Below, one piece after another: positions 24,755 to 36,542 of a DNA stretch of 64,000 nucleotides. The stretch covers positions 20,216,304 to 20,280,303 of the forward strand of contig JBHGNT010000015.1 of NCBI GenBank assembly GCA_043228905.1, given 5' to 3'. The stretch's first letter is position 1. Every line of letters begins with the position of its first letter. A model generated the notes under the pieces. The model ran no database searches. It had not been told where the DNA came from and saw nothing but the letters and a program-made list of their open reading frames with translations. Made by a program: the position numbers and the translations under genes. Origin of the DNA: Azolla caroliniana. Its lineage: Eukaryota > Plantae > Polypodiophyta.

Positions 24755-26249
24755 TGTTGTGAAGATTTTCGGCAACGGTGTGAAAATCATGTGGAACAAA
24801 CAAAATCAAGAAAGTGTAATGTGCACTCAAACATTTGTAAATAAAATAAGACTAAAGCCTAGTAACCTTTGTTAGTTCATACAAACTCAAACTAGACGCG
24901 AACTCCGGCACCAAAGCGTGTGAGCCGACTCAGTATCGGCAACTCATCGGGAGTCTCATCTACCTCACGATCACACGACCCGATCTCAGTTATCCGGCGG
25001 TCTCCTTAGCCAATTCATGCAAACACCGCGTGATACTCACTTGGATTGCGCTAAGCGAGTTCTACGATACGTGAGCGGCACAATGGATTGTGGCATCCTC
25101 TACAAGACCGCGATGCCAATATGCCTCAAGGGGTACACAGACGCTGATTGGGCCGGCTACAAAGCCGATAGAAGATCAACCTCCTGAGCAATATCCTAGA
25201 GCAACAAAAAGCAACCAACCGTCGCTCTTTCGAGCACAGAGGCAGAATACAGGGGCGCGACAGTGGCCGCATGTGAAGCCGTATGGCGCAAGAGGATACT
25301 CAAGGATTTGGGCGTACCCATCAAGGATCCGACTTCCCTTTACTATGACAACATGAGCAGTATCTACCTGGCTCGGAACCCGGTGTTCCACGCGCGGACA
25401 AAGCACATCAAAGTGCACTATCACTTCATCCGAGAGCGCGTTCTGGCTGGCGATGTCGACCTACAACACATTAGCACCAATCTTCAAACGACCGACATCT
25501 TCACTAAAGCCTTAGGAGCCGACAAGCTATGGCAATTTATGACCGATCTTGGATTGACGATCCCTGACCTACCAAGCTTGGGGGGGAGTACTGAAGCCAC
25601 TACGCAATAACGTGTTGGGATTACGGTCCCTCCGGATGGGACGGTCGGATGTCCGGGAATCGGGAATGAAGACCCCGGTTACGGAGCCGGATGATGAAGA
25701 CCCCGGTTACGGAGCCGGATGATGAAGACCCCGGTTACGGAGCCGGATGACGAATGTACCCGGAGAGAGATCCGGATGCGGGGACATATTTGTGAATATG
25801 TTTGCCAAGAGCCCTTGAGGCTATATTTGTAAATAGCCCGAAAGTCATATGTGTATAAATATGACTTAGGGCAAACAGTTTATTGGTTGTTGCTCATTTT
25901 ATGTTTTCAGCCGAGAGAGTGAAGTGAGAGCAGCCGAGAGAGAGAGAGAGAAAGGAAGGGGTCGACGCCTCTGTGTATTACCGCCGCCTGTGGCGAAGAC
26001 AGTGAGCTCAAGGTTGTTGCCTTGTAGCTTCACCATTGTACATCTCTGTGTATAGTGATAGTTGGAGTTTGATGACTCCCGTGGTTTTTCCCATTTAGGG
26101 TTTTCCACGTAAAACACCCTGTGTACTCTCCTCTCTATTCTACTTCGTGCATTTTGTATTTCCTGTTTTCTGTGAATTTATCCTATTACTCGGTGGTGGC
26201 TGAGCACTGTTTTACAACAAAGTGGTATCAGAGCACGGTAACACAGAAA

Positions 26250-27252
26250 ATGGAAGGCGGCGGTAGTGGGCCTCCGGGCATGATGGTGCTGAACTCACAG
26301 AACTACGCCGACTGGAAGATAAAGATGGAAGACCTTCTCATCGTCCGAGACCTGTATGAACCGATCGACAATGCCGAGATACCCAAGGGGGTAATAGAGT
26401 CGGAGTGGAAGCTCCTGAACCGGAAAGCCGTAGCGACGATCCGGCAATATGTCGATGTAAGCGTTCTACAACATGTGGCGAATGACACCAACGCATATGA
26501 GATGTGGAAGAAGCTGTCGGGCCTCTACGAGAGGAAGAATGCGTTGAACCGAACCTCCCTGATGAGGAAGATAGTGAACCTCAAGTACCGGGACGGCGAG
26601 AATATGGTGGAACACGTGAGCACGTTCATGGGATTCGTGAACCAGCTTGCGGCGATCAAGTTCCCGTTGGAGGATGCAATGCAAGCCATCATTCTGATGT
26701 GTACATTGCCGGAAAGCTGGGAGAACTTGGTGGTGACTCTCAGCACCTCCTGCACCGAAGATAACTTGTCTCTACAAACGGTAAAGACAAGCATTTTGAA
26801 CGAAGAAGCGCGTCGGAGAGATAAAGAACCGGCCTCCGACTCGAAGGCGCTGCTTACCGAATCGGATCGGGGAAGACAATGGAACCGGAGTCCGCAAAGA
26901 CGGGAGAAGTCGGGGACCCGGTCGCATTCAAGAGGAAGGCCCACATGCTTCCACTGTGGGAAGCCGGGGCACTTCCGGAAGAATTGTCGGCATTACCGAA
27001 AGGACAACGGAGCCGACGACACCGATTCGAAGAAGTCACCGGAGAGAAACGGTGCATACCGGGGAGCCACGGACCGAAGAGGTCCGGATCGGCGAGGGCA
27101 GGACCGGAGAGGAACGACGGCACTCGCGGCAAGTGAAGAAGAGATAATGCTCATTACCGAAGAGAGGGAGCTGAACCTTGCCGGTGTAGAGATGACCTGG
27201 GTGGTCGATTCCGGAGCATCGTTCCACCTGACCCCGGAGAGAAGATACTTCT
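26250..27252 (+). CDS. Copia gag and start of protease (interrupted)
   Basis: ATG 26250; NYADWK, LPESW, CFHCGKPGHFRKNC, WVVDSGASFH. Confidence 0.88.
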
Positions 27253-27791
27253 TGTCGTGACTCTTGAGTAGGAAGCAGAGAGAGAGCGATGGCGATAGAG
27301 ATAACGATAACGATAGAGATGGCGAGAGCGGTAGAGATAGCGATAGTGATAGAAAGAGAGTGAAAGAGGGAGAGAGTGCGAGAGAGAGAAAAGTATAAGT
27401 GAGAGATAAGAAATGGGAATGCGATTATATTATGAGAAAGAAGATTACAAGGAGTAGGCTAAGGGCTAAAGACTGGTGTTGAACCGAATGAGTTGTGATG
27501 AGTATATGGACTCTTATTTATAGGCCCTTATGGAGTATTCTAGAATGTTCTAGAATATTTTAGATATTTATGAATAATAATAATAATAAATATAATCATG
27601 AAATATTCAAGAACATTCTAGAATAATCTAGAATGTTCTAAATATCTCGTAATAACTAAACATATAATTATTATGATTACATCTCACATATGTTATTACA
27701 ATGGTTAAAGTACAATATGTAAACCAAGAGGTTATGGGTTCGATTCCTGGTTCGCCAAGATGAATGTCATGATAAGCCAAGATGTATGTCT

Positions 27792-30700
27792 TCATGACAT
27801 TATCCCCCCTTTTCGATGACGAGTTGCACGAGTCGGAAGAAAAGAGTTCAGACTTGGTTTATGAGGATATTGGTTGTGAAATGCAACAACCATGTCGGAG
27901 GCATTGGCAAGATGTTCGGCAGGCTCCCATGTTCGATCATTAGGTGTATAGCCTAACCAATCAACCAAGTAGTATAGTTTGTTGCGAATGATCTTGGAGT
28001 CGAGGATAGCGGCAACCTCATATTCAGAGCCATTGGAAACGTCAATTGGAGGTGGGGGAGGTGTAACACGACCCGGAATAGAGCTCGTTGTGTAAGGCTC
28101 CAAAAGTGAAACATGGAAGACCGGGTGAAGACGCATATGAGGAGGAAGATCAAGTCGAAATGTCACATCATTGATCTTACCACTTATGACATATGGGCCA
28201 AAACGTTGATAATCCAATTTGTAGCAAGGTCGGGTCGTTTTAATGCTACCTTGTAAGAGCCATACACGATCGCCTACTTGAAATGTAGTCGATGAATCAC
28301 GCCGATGACGGTCAACAATCTTCTTTTGAGTGTTTTGGGCTTCACATAAATGATGCAAAAGCATATCCTGAACTTCTTGGAGTCGAGTGAGCCGATCTTC
28401 AGCAGCTGGGTTTTTTGGGAGTTCAGGATGTTCAAGCATCGTCCAACGAGGATGGTACCCAATGTTTGCAAAAAATGGGGAATATCCAGTAGAAGAATGC
28501 TCGGAGTTGTTATAAGCAAATTCTGCCAAAGGTAGTAAATCCACCCAATCATCTTGTTGATAGTTGACAAAACAACGTAGATATTGCTCGACTGTTTGGT
28601 TGGTGCGCTCACTCTGCCCATTAGTCTCTGGATGGTAGCCGGAAGAGAGTTTACAAGAAGTATGTAAGAGTCTGAACATGTGCCGCCAAAATTTCGAGAT
28701 GAATTGGGGACCCCGATCACTGATAATATCATCTGGAAGACCATGATGGCGAAACACCTCCCGCATGAGTAAATCAGTTGTCTCTTGACTAGTAATGGTC
28801 TTTGTGCATGGAAGGAAATGTGCCATCTTCGTAAAACGATCGACAACCGTGAGAATCGAATCAAATCCCTTGGAAGGTGGAAGATCCGTAATAAAGTCCA
28901 AGGAAATAGATTTCCATGGGCCCTCCGGAATAGGCATTGGCTGTAATAAGCCATATGGATGATGTCGAGGCTTTTTTGATCGGCAACATGTATCACAGCT
29001 ACGAACATAATCCGTAACAAAATGGCGAAGCCGTGGCCACCAATATCGGCGAGAAATCAACTCAAAAGTCTTGTGGATGCCGAACTGTCCCGCCATTGGT
29101 GTGTCATGACATTGTTGCATGACTTTGAGTCGAGAAGGACCGTCAGGCACATACAAGAGAGTTTGTCGAAAAAGTAACCCATCATGCCAACTAAACTGGG
29201 TGTAGTCTAGACGAGGATTTTGAGTTTGGGAGCTAGATGCACGATTTGGGATAATATGGCTCAAAACCTCTTGGGCGAACGCATCAGTCGCAATCTGCTC
29301 ACGAATGGAATCAAGAAGCCTTGAATCTCCCGGTGTGTTGATGGTATGCATTGCCATTATTCGTAGACGATCAGGACCTAAGAGGATTTGCTTTTGGCTT
29401 TCAAATGCGGCCTCTCCAGGTTGAAGTTCCATATACGAACGTCTAGATAAAGCATCTGCTTTTCCTTGTTGCATCCCAGGGCGATATAGAATTACAAAAT
29501 CGAAACGAGTTAAGAACTGCGCCCAACGAGCTTGTCGTCGATTCAAGACTCGAGCACTTTGAAAGTATGTTAGATTTTTATGATCATTGTAGACAATAAT
29601 CTGCTGAGAAGAACCCTCCAGAAAATGACGCCATTGTTGAAAAGAATCCACAATGGCAAGAAGCTCTTTGTCGTGAATCTCATAGTTGATTTCTGCGGCT
29701 TCAAATTTTCGTGAGTGAAAAGCCACCGGGTGCAGTTCACCATCATCACCAATTTGGGATAGTACACTTCCGAGTGCGAAATCCGATGCATCAGCTTCAA
29801 GTATAAAGCGCCTCATTGGATCGACATGGATTAAGATTGGTGCGGATGTACATGCTTGCTTTAAACCCTCAAATGCAGAGTTCGCATCTATACTCCATAC
29901 AAATGATCGATTCTTGTGCGTCAGTTGAGTGAGGGGCAACACAATTTTTGAATAGTCTTTGATGAACTTGCGATAAAAGTTTGCGAACCCCAAAAAACAT
30001 TGCACATCTCGCACAGACTGTGGTGTTTGCCAATCCAAAATTGTTTGAACCTTTGATGGATCCATAGAGATGCCATTTGAAGAGACTATGTACCCCAAAA
30101 ACTCCACTTGACGTTGGTCGAAACTACACTTCTCCAATTTTGCATAGAGACCATACTCTCGTAGCCGTTGCAAAACTTGGCGAACATGTATATCATGTTC
30201 TTCTTGAGTTTTTGAGTAGATCAAGATATCATCCAGGTAAACAATGATGAAGATATCGAGAAAGTCTCGAAAAATATCATTCGCCATATGTTGGAAGACT
30301 GCTGGTGCATTCGTGAGGCCAAAAGGCATCACTGTGTACTCAAAATGACCATAGCGAGTGCGGAACGCCGTCTTCCATTCATCCCCAGGACGAATTCGAA
30401 CAAGGTTGTAGGCACCTCGAAGATCTAACTTCGTGAAATACTTTGCTTCACTGAGGCGTTCTAGAAGGCTTGAGATCAATGGGAGAGCATATCGGTTTCT
30501 AACGGTCACTTTATTCAAGCCTCGATAATCCACGACCATACGAAGCGTACCATCTTTCTTCTTAACGAAAAAGATGGGTGCACCAACAGGAGATTTTGAA
30601 TGTTGGATAAAACCATTTGCCAAGTTCTCATTGATATATTCTCGAAGAACCTCTAACTCCGTGGGCGAAAGATTATAAATTGGTCCCCATGGAGGCTCTT

Positions 30701-31436
30701 TTCCTGGCTGCAAATCAATTGGGCAATCATATGGTCGATGCTCTGGTAGTCTATTAGCCTTCACCTTATCGAACACATCGGAGAATTCTATGTACTTCTT
30801 TGGTAGTTGGACCCCCAATTCTTGTGAGCTAGATGAGGGAGTTGCTAAAACCGCAAATACCATCATGTCTTCCTTTCTTCCATCCTCTCGTAATTGATGT
30901 ATAGAGATTGTTGAAATTGTGGGGGATCCTAGATCCTTAGTTGGAGCTTCAAGAGACTTGGATTGTACGGTGACCTCTTCAATAGTTCTTTTTCTCCAAT
31001 CAATGGTTGGGTTATGTAACTCAAACCAAGGAAGACCAAGAACTAGAGAGTGCTCCGGACTACTAATGATGTTAAATGAGATGACACTAGCCAAATTACC
31101 TAGGACTACACGAATTGGTTCAGACTCTTCGACTATATCTCCTGATGCTATAGGGCGACCATCGATGACTCCTACAGCTACTGGGTTTGGGAGTTTTTTC
31201 AAGATGATGTTTTGAGTCAATGCAAACTCGCGATCCATGAAACAAGAATTGGCTCCGGAATCTAGGAGGGCAGAGGCTAGGGCGCGATGACCTGTAGATG
31301 TGCTAAGCTCGACTTGTGCAGAAAAAACTCTACTAACTTGATTTGATGAAATGGAACCACAACTAGGTACTGACTCTACATAACTAGGATGGTCCAACCA
31401 AATGGCTCCTATTTTGGCCGGACTTATTCGTTTAAC
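27792..31436 (-). CDS. Gypsy pol (PR-RT-RNaseH-INT-chromodomain), probably expressed by -1 frameshift
   Basis: 1201-aa ORF; LLDSGA, YLDD, ADAS, SLDF/SDRG/SER, GPY, EYEV..YLVDWLGY..TWEP; second His of the HHCC motif reads Q. Confidence 0.93.
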   Translation of the reverse strand, partial: VKRISPAKIGAIWLDHPSYVESVPSCGSISSNQVSRVFSAQVELSTSTGHRALASALLDSGANSCFMDREFALTQNIILKKLPNPVAVGVIDGRPIASGDIVEESEPIRVVLGNLASVISFNIISSPEHSLVLGLPWFELHNPTIDWRKRTIEEVTVQSKSLEAPTKDLGSPTISTISIHQLREDGRKEDMMVFAVLATPSSSSQELGVQLPKKYIEFSDVFDKVKANRLPEHRPYDCPIDLQPGKEPPWGPIYNLSPTELEVLREYINENLANGFIQHSKSPVGAPIFFVKKKDGTLRMVVDYRGLNKVTVRNRYALPLISSLLERLSEAKYFTKLDLRGAYNLVRIRPGDEWKTAFRTRYGHFEYTVMPFGLTNAPAVFQHMANDIFRDFLDIFIIVYLDDILIYSKTQEEHDIHVRQVLQRLREYGLYAKLEKCSFDQRQVEFLGYIVSSNGISMDPSKVQTILDWQTPQSVRDVQCFLGFANFYRKFIKDYSKIVLPLTQLTHKNRSFVWSIDANSAFEGLKQACTSAPILIHVDPMRRFILEADASDFALGSVLSQIGDDGELHPVAFHSRKFEAAEINYEIHDKELLAIVDSFQQWRHFLEGSSQQIIVYNDHKNLTYFQSARVLNRRQARWAQFLTRFDFVILYRPGMQQGKADALSRRSYMELQPGEAAFESQKQILLGPDRLRIMAMHTINTPGDSRLLDSIREQIATDAFAQEVLSHIIPNRASSSQTQNPRLDYTQFSWHDGLLFRQTLLYVPDGPSRLKVMQQCHDTPMAGQFGIHKTFELISRRYWWPRLRHFVTDYVRSCDTCCRSKKPRHHPYGLLQPMPIPEGPWKSISLDFITDLPPSKGFDSILTVVDRFTKMAHFLPCTKTITSQETTDLLMREVFRHHGLPDDIISDRGPQFISKFWRHMFRLLHTSCKLSSGYHPETNGQSERTNQTVEQYLRCFVNYQQDDWVDLLPLAEFAYNNSEHSSTGYSPFFANIGYHPRWTMLEHPELPKNPAAEDRLTRLQEVQDMLLHHLCEAQNTQKKIVDRHRRDSSTTFQVGDRVWLLQGSIKTTRPCYKLDYQRFGPYVISGKINDVTFRLDLPPHMRLHPVFHVSLLEPYTTSSIPGRVTPPPPPIDVSNGSEYEVAAILDSKIIRNKLYYLVDWLGYTPNDRTWEPAEHLANASDMVVAFHNQYPHKPSLNSFLPTRATRHRKGGIMS
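31385..31436 (-). promoter_or_regulatory. -1 ribosomal frameshift signal (G UUA AAC + pseudoknot)
   Basis: Heptamer 31430-31436, 6-nt spacer, stem GTCCGGCCAAA/TTTGGTTGGAC, loop TAGGA pairing with downstream TCCTA; conserved at 45993-46044. Confidence 0.75.
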
Positions 31437-32551
31437 ACATCCTCTAATTGGCTCAAGACATCAAATCTATTCTCATGGCATGGGCTAGTAGGCTTAGTAC
31501 TTAAGTTATTAGAAGTGATAGTAGAACTTGATGTAGGGTTGTCATGTGCACTTACTTGGTAAACTTGACGCCTGGGTTTATGTGGACAATTCACAGCTAT
31601 ATGTCCTGGACCACCACAGTAGAGGCATAGGCGATGCGCCCGACATCGTTGTTTCTCAGCATCTGATAAGGGCCCTCGACGTTGTGTCGACTCTATTTCC
31701 ATCGGAGTGGGACCATCCCTCGTAACGGGTCTAGAACCTTGTGGCGGTGTGGCGACTATAGAAGCGTATGTCTGTTCCGGTTGGCGGCGTAACATTTGTT
31801 GACGTTCAGAACGTCGCTCAAATAGGCGATTATCACATCGCACAGCTCGGCTAATAGCTTCAGTAAGAGACTTTGGATCTTCATGGAAAGTAAGAAGAAG
31901 ATCTTTGACATCGTTACGCAAACCCTGACGGAATTGATCCATTAAGGCTGCCTCATCCCAAGGGATGTCGCATGCCAAGAGACGGAAATCTGCGGCATAA
32001 GCTGAAGCGGGACGATCTCCTTGTCGGAGTCTTCGAATCTTGTTTATTGCAGTCCTAGTGCTATCCGTATCTCCAAAACTAGCTTGAAACTCCTTAACGA
32101 ATGCCTCGAAATCCTCCAGTAATGGTGATTTCTTCTCAAGAAGTGGTGCAAACCATGCTAACGCTGTACCGCTTAGCAAGGTTCCTATTAATCCCACACG
32201 GGCAGCATCAGTTGGATACCGATTGGGATGTAACTGAATCACCAAACGAACTTGATTCAGGAAACCTCGAAAGAGAGATCTGGTACCATCAAACTTGGCA
32301 GGGAGGCTAATCTTTGGTTCCCTTGGGGAGTTTTGAACCCCCGCCGCTTGTTCTCGTAATGTTAATATAGTAGCCTCAAGTTGATGAACCCGTTGTGATA
32401 ACTCCTCATATTGATGAGCTTTCTCAGTACTGACTTGTTGAAGATCCCCGAGTAGCCTTTGATTTTCTTGCTCTAATGCCACAAACTTAGTGGTGAGCAT
32501 ATCGAGCTCCGAAAGGACACGCATATACTCTTGCTTGCTGACCGACTCCAT
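31424..32551 (-). CDS. Gypsy gag (retrotransposon gag domain + CCHC)
   Basis: 375-aa ORF, PAKFDG, LRQG, CLYCGGPGHIAVNC. Confidence 0.92.
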   Translation of the reverse strand: MESVSKQEYMRVLSELDMLTTKFVALEQENQRLLGDLQQVSTEKAHQYEELSQRVHQLEATILTLREQAAGVQNSPREPKISLPAKFDGTRSLFRGFLNQVRLVIQLHPNRYPTDAARVGLIGTLLSGTALAWFAPLLEKKSPLLEDFEAFVKEFQASFGDTDSTRTAINKIRRLRQGDRPASAYAADFRLLACDIPWDEAALMDQFRQGLRNDVKDLLLTFHEDPKSLTEAISRAVRCDNRLFERRSERQQMLRRQPEQTYASIVATPPQGSRPVTRDGPTPMEIESTQRRGPLSDAEKQRCRAHRLCLYCGGPGHIAVNCPHKPRRQVYQVSAHDNPTSSSTITSNNLSTKPTSPCHENRFDVLSQLEDVLNE

Positions 32552-32623
32552 AACCGCGGGGGAAAAAGAAAGAAGGATAAAGAAGAAAGCTTGCTAGAGT
32601 TATTGGAGAAAGGGAAAAGAAAT

Positions 32624-32634
32624 ATTCGGTTCAA
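32624..32634 (-). promoter_or_regulatory. Self-priming PBS (Tf1-type)
   Basis: TTGAACCGAAT 2 nt after the LTR is the exact complement of LTR sequence ATTCGGTTCAA (32865-32875), ~33 nt downstream of the TATA box. Confidence 0.75.
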
Positions 32635-33479
32635 ACTGTCGTGATTCTTGAGTAGGAAGCAGAGAGAGAGAGCGATGGCGATAGAGATAACGATAACGAT
32701 AGAGATGGCGAGAGCGGTAGAGATAGCGATAGTGATAGAAAGAGAGTGAAAGAGGGAGAGAGTGCGAGAGAGAGAAAAGTATAAGTGAGAGATAAGAAAT
32801 GGGAATGCGATTATATTATGAGAAAGAAGAATACAAGGAGTAGGCTAAGGGCTAAAGACTGGTGTTGAACCGAATGAGTTGTGATGAGTGTATGGACTCT
32901 TATTTATAGGCCCTTATGGAGTATTCTAGAATGTTCTAGAATATTTTAGATATTTATGAATAATAATAATAATAAATATAATCATGAAATATTCAAGAAC
33001 ATTCTAGAATAATCTAGAATGTTCTAAATATCTCGTAATAACTAAACATATAATTATTATGATTACATCTCACATATGTTATTACAATGGTTAAAGTACA
33101 ATATGTAAACCAAGAGGTTATGGGTTCGATTCCTGGTTCGCCAAGATGAATGTCATGATAAGCCAAGATGAGTTGTGATGAGTGTATGGACTCTTATTTA
33201 TAGGCCCTTATGGAGTATTCTAGAATGTTCTAGAATATTTTAGATATTTATGAATAATAATAATAATAAATATAATCATGAAATATTCAAGAACATTCTA
33301 GAATAATCTAGAATGTTCTAAATATCTCGTAATAACTAAACATATAATTATTATGATTACATCTCACATATGTTATTACAATGGTTAAAGTACAATATGT
33401 AAACCAAGAGGTTATGGGTTCGATTCCTGGTTCGCCAAGATGAATGTCATGATAAGCCAAGATGTATGTCTTCATGACA

Positions 33480-36400
33480 CTTCTCATCCTACACAGCCGG
33501 TGAGCATGGCTGTGTTCGGATGGGAAATGAAGGTACGTGCCGGATTGCCGGCATAGGAGACGTGTGGTTGACAACCCCGACCGGATGCAAAATGCTGTTG
33601 AAGGATGTCCGACACGTTCCGGAGGTTCGATTGAACCTGATTTCGGCCGGGAGGCTAGACGATGAAGGCTACACAGGTAGCATCCGGAACGGCGTGATGA
33701 AGTTCAGCAAAGGGAGCCTGATAGTGGCTCGGGCCCGGAAGGTCAATACATTGTACCTGATGAATTCCCGGCTATGTCCGGAGGAGCTGAACGTGGCAGC
33801 CGACACTGCCGGAGAGCTGTGGCACAAGAGACTGTGCCACATGAGTGAGAAAGGGATGAAGAGGCTTGCAGAAGACAACCTTATTCCAGTGAAGCATGTG
33901 CACCTGGAGAAGTGCACCGATTGCCGAACCGAACCTCCTTCCACTCAAGGCCACCGACGAGACGTAGCGCACCATTGGAGTTGGTGCATACTGATGTGTG
34001 TCAGGTAGAAACGAAGTCACACGGCGGAGCCCAGTACTTCGTGACTTTCATTGATGATCACAGCCGGAAGCTGTGGACAGCACCGTTGAAGACAAAGGAC
34101 CAAGTATTGTCCGTCTTCAAAGAACTCCACGCGAGAGTGGAAAGGGAATCCGGCAAGAAGCTGAAAACGATACGAGCGGATAACGGAGGGGAATACCGGG
34201 GGCAGTTCCAGGAGTACTGTCGCTCGAAGGGAATCCGGCTCGAGTTTACTGTGCCGAAGACGCCGGAACTGAACGGGCTGGCCGAGAGGATGAACCGGAC
34301 CATAATGGAGAGGGTCCGGAGTATGCTGGCGCATGCGAAATTACCCAAGGGATTTTGGGCTGAGGCAATGTCGACGGCGACGTATGTGATAAATAGATCA
34401 CCCTCAGTACCTTTGGACGGAGACACGCCGCAGAAAGTGTGGACCGGTAAGGAAGTGTCCTACCGGCATCTGAAGGTGTTCGGGTGTCTCGCATACGTGC
34501 ATGTGGCAAAGGACCGGAGAGGAAAGTTAGATCCAAAGACCTGGCCATGCATATTCCTCGGTTACGGCGACGACGAGTTCGGCTACCGAGTATGGGACCC
34601 GGTCGACAAGAAGATATTCAGGAGTCGAGACATCATCTTCATGGAGGACAAGACACTCGCCGACTGGGAGTCGGAGAAGAAGATGAAGAGCTCCAAGTCG
34701 ACCGGTGAGGATCAACTCTACGAGGAGCAGTCCCGACCGCCAAGGGACCGGTTAGCACTCGAGGATCCGGCCGAAGACGGTGAAGAAACCGAACCGGCCG
34801 AAGAAGACGAAAATGATACCGGAACCGGCCCCGATCCCGAAATGGATTCGGATGAAGAAGAATCGGAAGAACCGGTTACCGAAGCTCCGGAACGGAGATA
34901 TCCTCTAAGAGAGAGAAGGGCCCCCCGGAGATTTCCGGAACCAGAGCACGTGCTGCTAACCGACGAGGGGGAGCCGGAGAGCTTTGAAGAAGCAAAGCAT
35001 GACACCCAGAGCCGCAGGTGGTTGAGTGCCATGCAGGACGAGATGGATTCCCTGCATGAGAACCACACATATGAACTTGTGGAGTTGCCGAAAGGAAAGC
35101 GGGCACTTCGAAACAAGTGGGTGTTCAAGCTGAAACCGGGAGATGCCGGAAACCCCCCGAGATACAAAGCCAGGATCGTGGTGAAGGGGTTTCAGCAGAA
35201 GAAGGGCGTCGACTTCGACGAGATTTTTGCCCCGGTAGTGAAGATGACCTCCATCCGGACGGTGCTGAGCATTGCGGCAAGCATGGACCTCGAGGTAGAA
35301 CAGATGGACGTGAAGACGGCATTCCTTCACGGTGACCTCGATGAAGAGATCTACATGCAGCAACCGGAAGGATTCGAGAAGAAAGGGAAGGAGCACCTGG
35401 TATGCCGGTTGAAGAAGAGCCTTTACGGACTGAAGCAGGCTCCCCGGCAATGGTACCGGAAGTTCGACTCCTTCATGACCGACGAAGGGTACCTCAAAAC
35501 GCAGTCCGACCACTGCGTGTTTGTGAAGAAGTTCGAAGGAGGAGACTTTCTAATACTCCTCCTGTACGTGGACGACATGTTGATCGTCGGACGGGACCAG
35601 GTCAAGATACGGATGCTGAAGAAGGCTCTTCACCGAACCTTCTCAATGAAGGACTTGGGTCCGGCGAGGCAAATATTAGGGATGCACATCATCCGGGACC
35701 GGAAGAAGAAGCAGTTGTGGCTGTCACAGGAGAAGTACGTGACGAAGGTGCTTCACCGGTTCAACATGTCGGAAGCAAGACCGGTCGGGTCAACCCTCCC
35801 GGCAAACTGCAAGTTCTCCAGCAAGCAAAGTCCCAAGACAAAGGCTGAGAAGGAGGACATGATGAAAGTGCCATATGCCTCTGCCGTCGGAAGCTTGATG
35901 TACGCAATGGTGTGTACAAGACCGGACATAGGATATGCAGTCGGAGTGGTGAGCCGGTACATGAGCAATCCCGGCAAAGAGCATTGGAACGCGGCCAAGT
36001 GGATACTCCGATACCTGAAGGGCACGGCAAACGTGTGCCTCCGATTCGGCTCCGGTAAGCCCGAACTCGACGGCTTTACCGATTCGGATATGTCGGCTGA
36101 TGCAGATACCAGCCGGTCCACATCAGGGTATGTGATGACGTACGCAGGGGGAGCTGTTTCATGGCAGTCGAGGCTGCAGAAGACGGTTGCGTTGTCAACC
36201 ACGGAGGCGGAGTACATGGCGGCTGTTGAAGCCGGCAAGGAAATAATATGGATGAAGGACTTCATTAGAGAGCTCGGTATCCAGCAGGAGGAGTACCGAC
36301 TCTACTGCGACAGTCAGAGTGCCATCCACCTTGCGAAGAACGCGGCCTATCACTCCCGGACGAAGCACATCCAGCGAAGATATCACTGGATCCGGGAAAG

Positions 36401-36542
36401 GATAGAAGACAAGGAGTTCGTGCTGACGAAGGTCCACACGGACGAGAACGGGTCGGATATGCTGACCAAGGTGCTCACACCTGACAAGCTGGAAGCATGC
36501 CGGAAGAGGATCGGATTGGAGAGACATCCCATGCCGAAGTGA
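33480..36542 (+). CDS. Copia pol (PR end, INT, RT, RNase H) with one frameshift near 33925
   Basis: ORFs 33520-34008 and 33912-36542; LWHKRLCH, VHTD/ADNGGEY/AER, YGLKQ, YVDD, SDMLTK. Confidence 0.9.

Larger units (their letters stand above)
27253..33479 (-). mobile_element. Structurally complete Tcn1-like chromovirus family B
   Basis: TSD CTTCT; 3' LTR 27253-27799; 5' LTR 32637-33479 with a 294-bp U3 duplication; PPT 27800-27813; open gag and pol. Confidence 0.96.

Noticed and set aside
27253-33479. Nested element appears to have more LTR mismatches (~3) than its host (~1)
   Set aside because: Counts too small and read by eye; within stochastic noise
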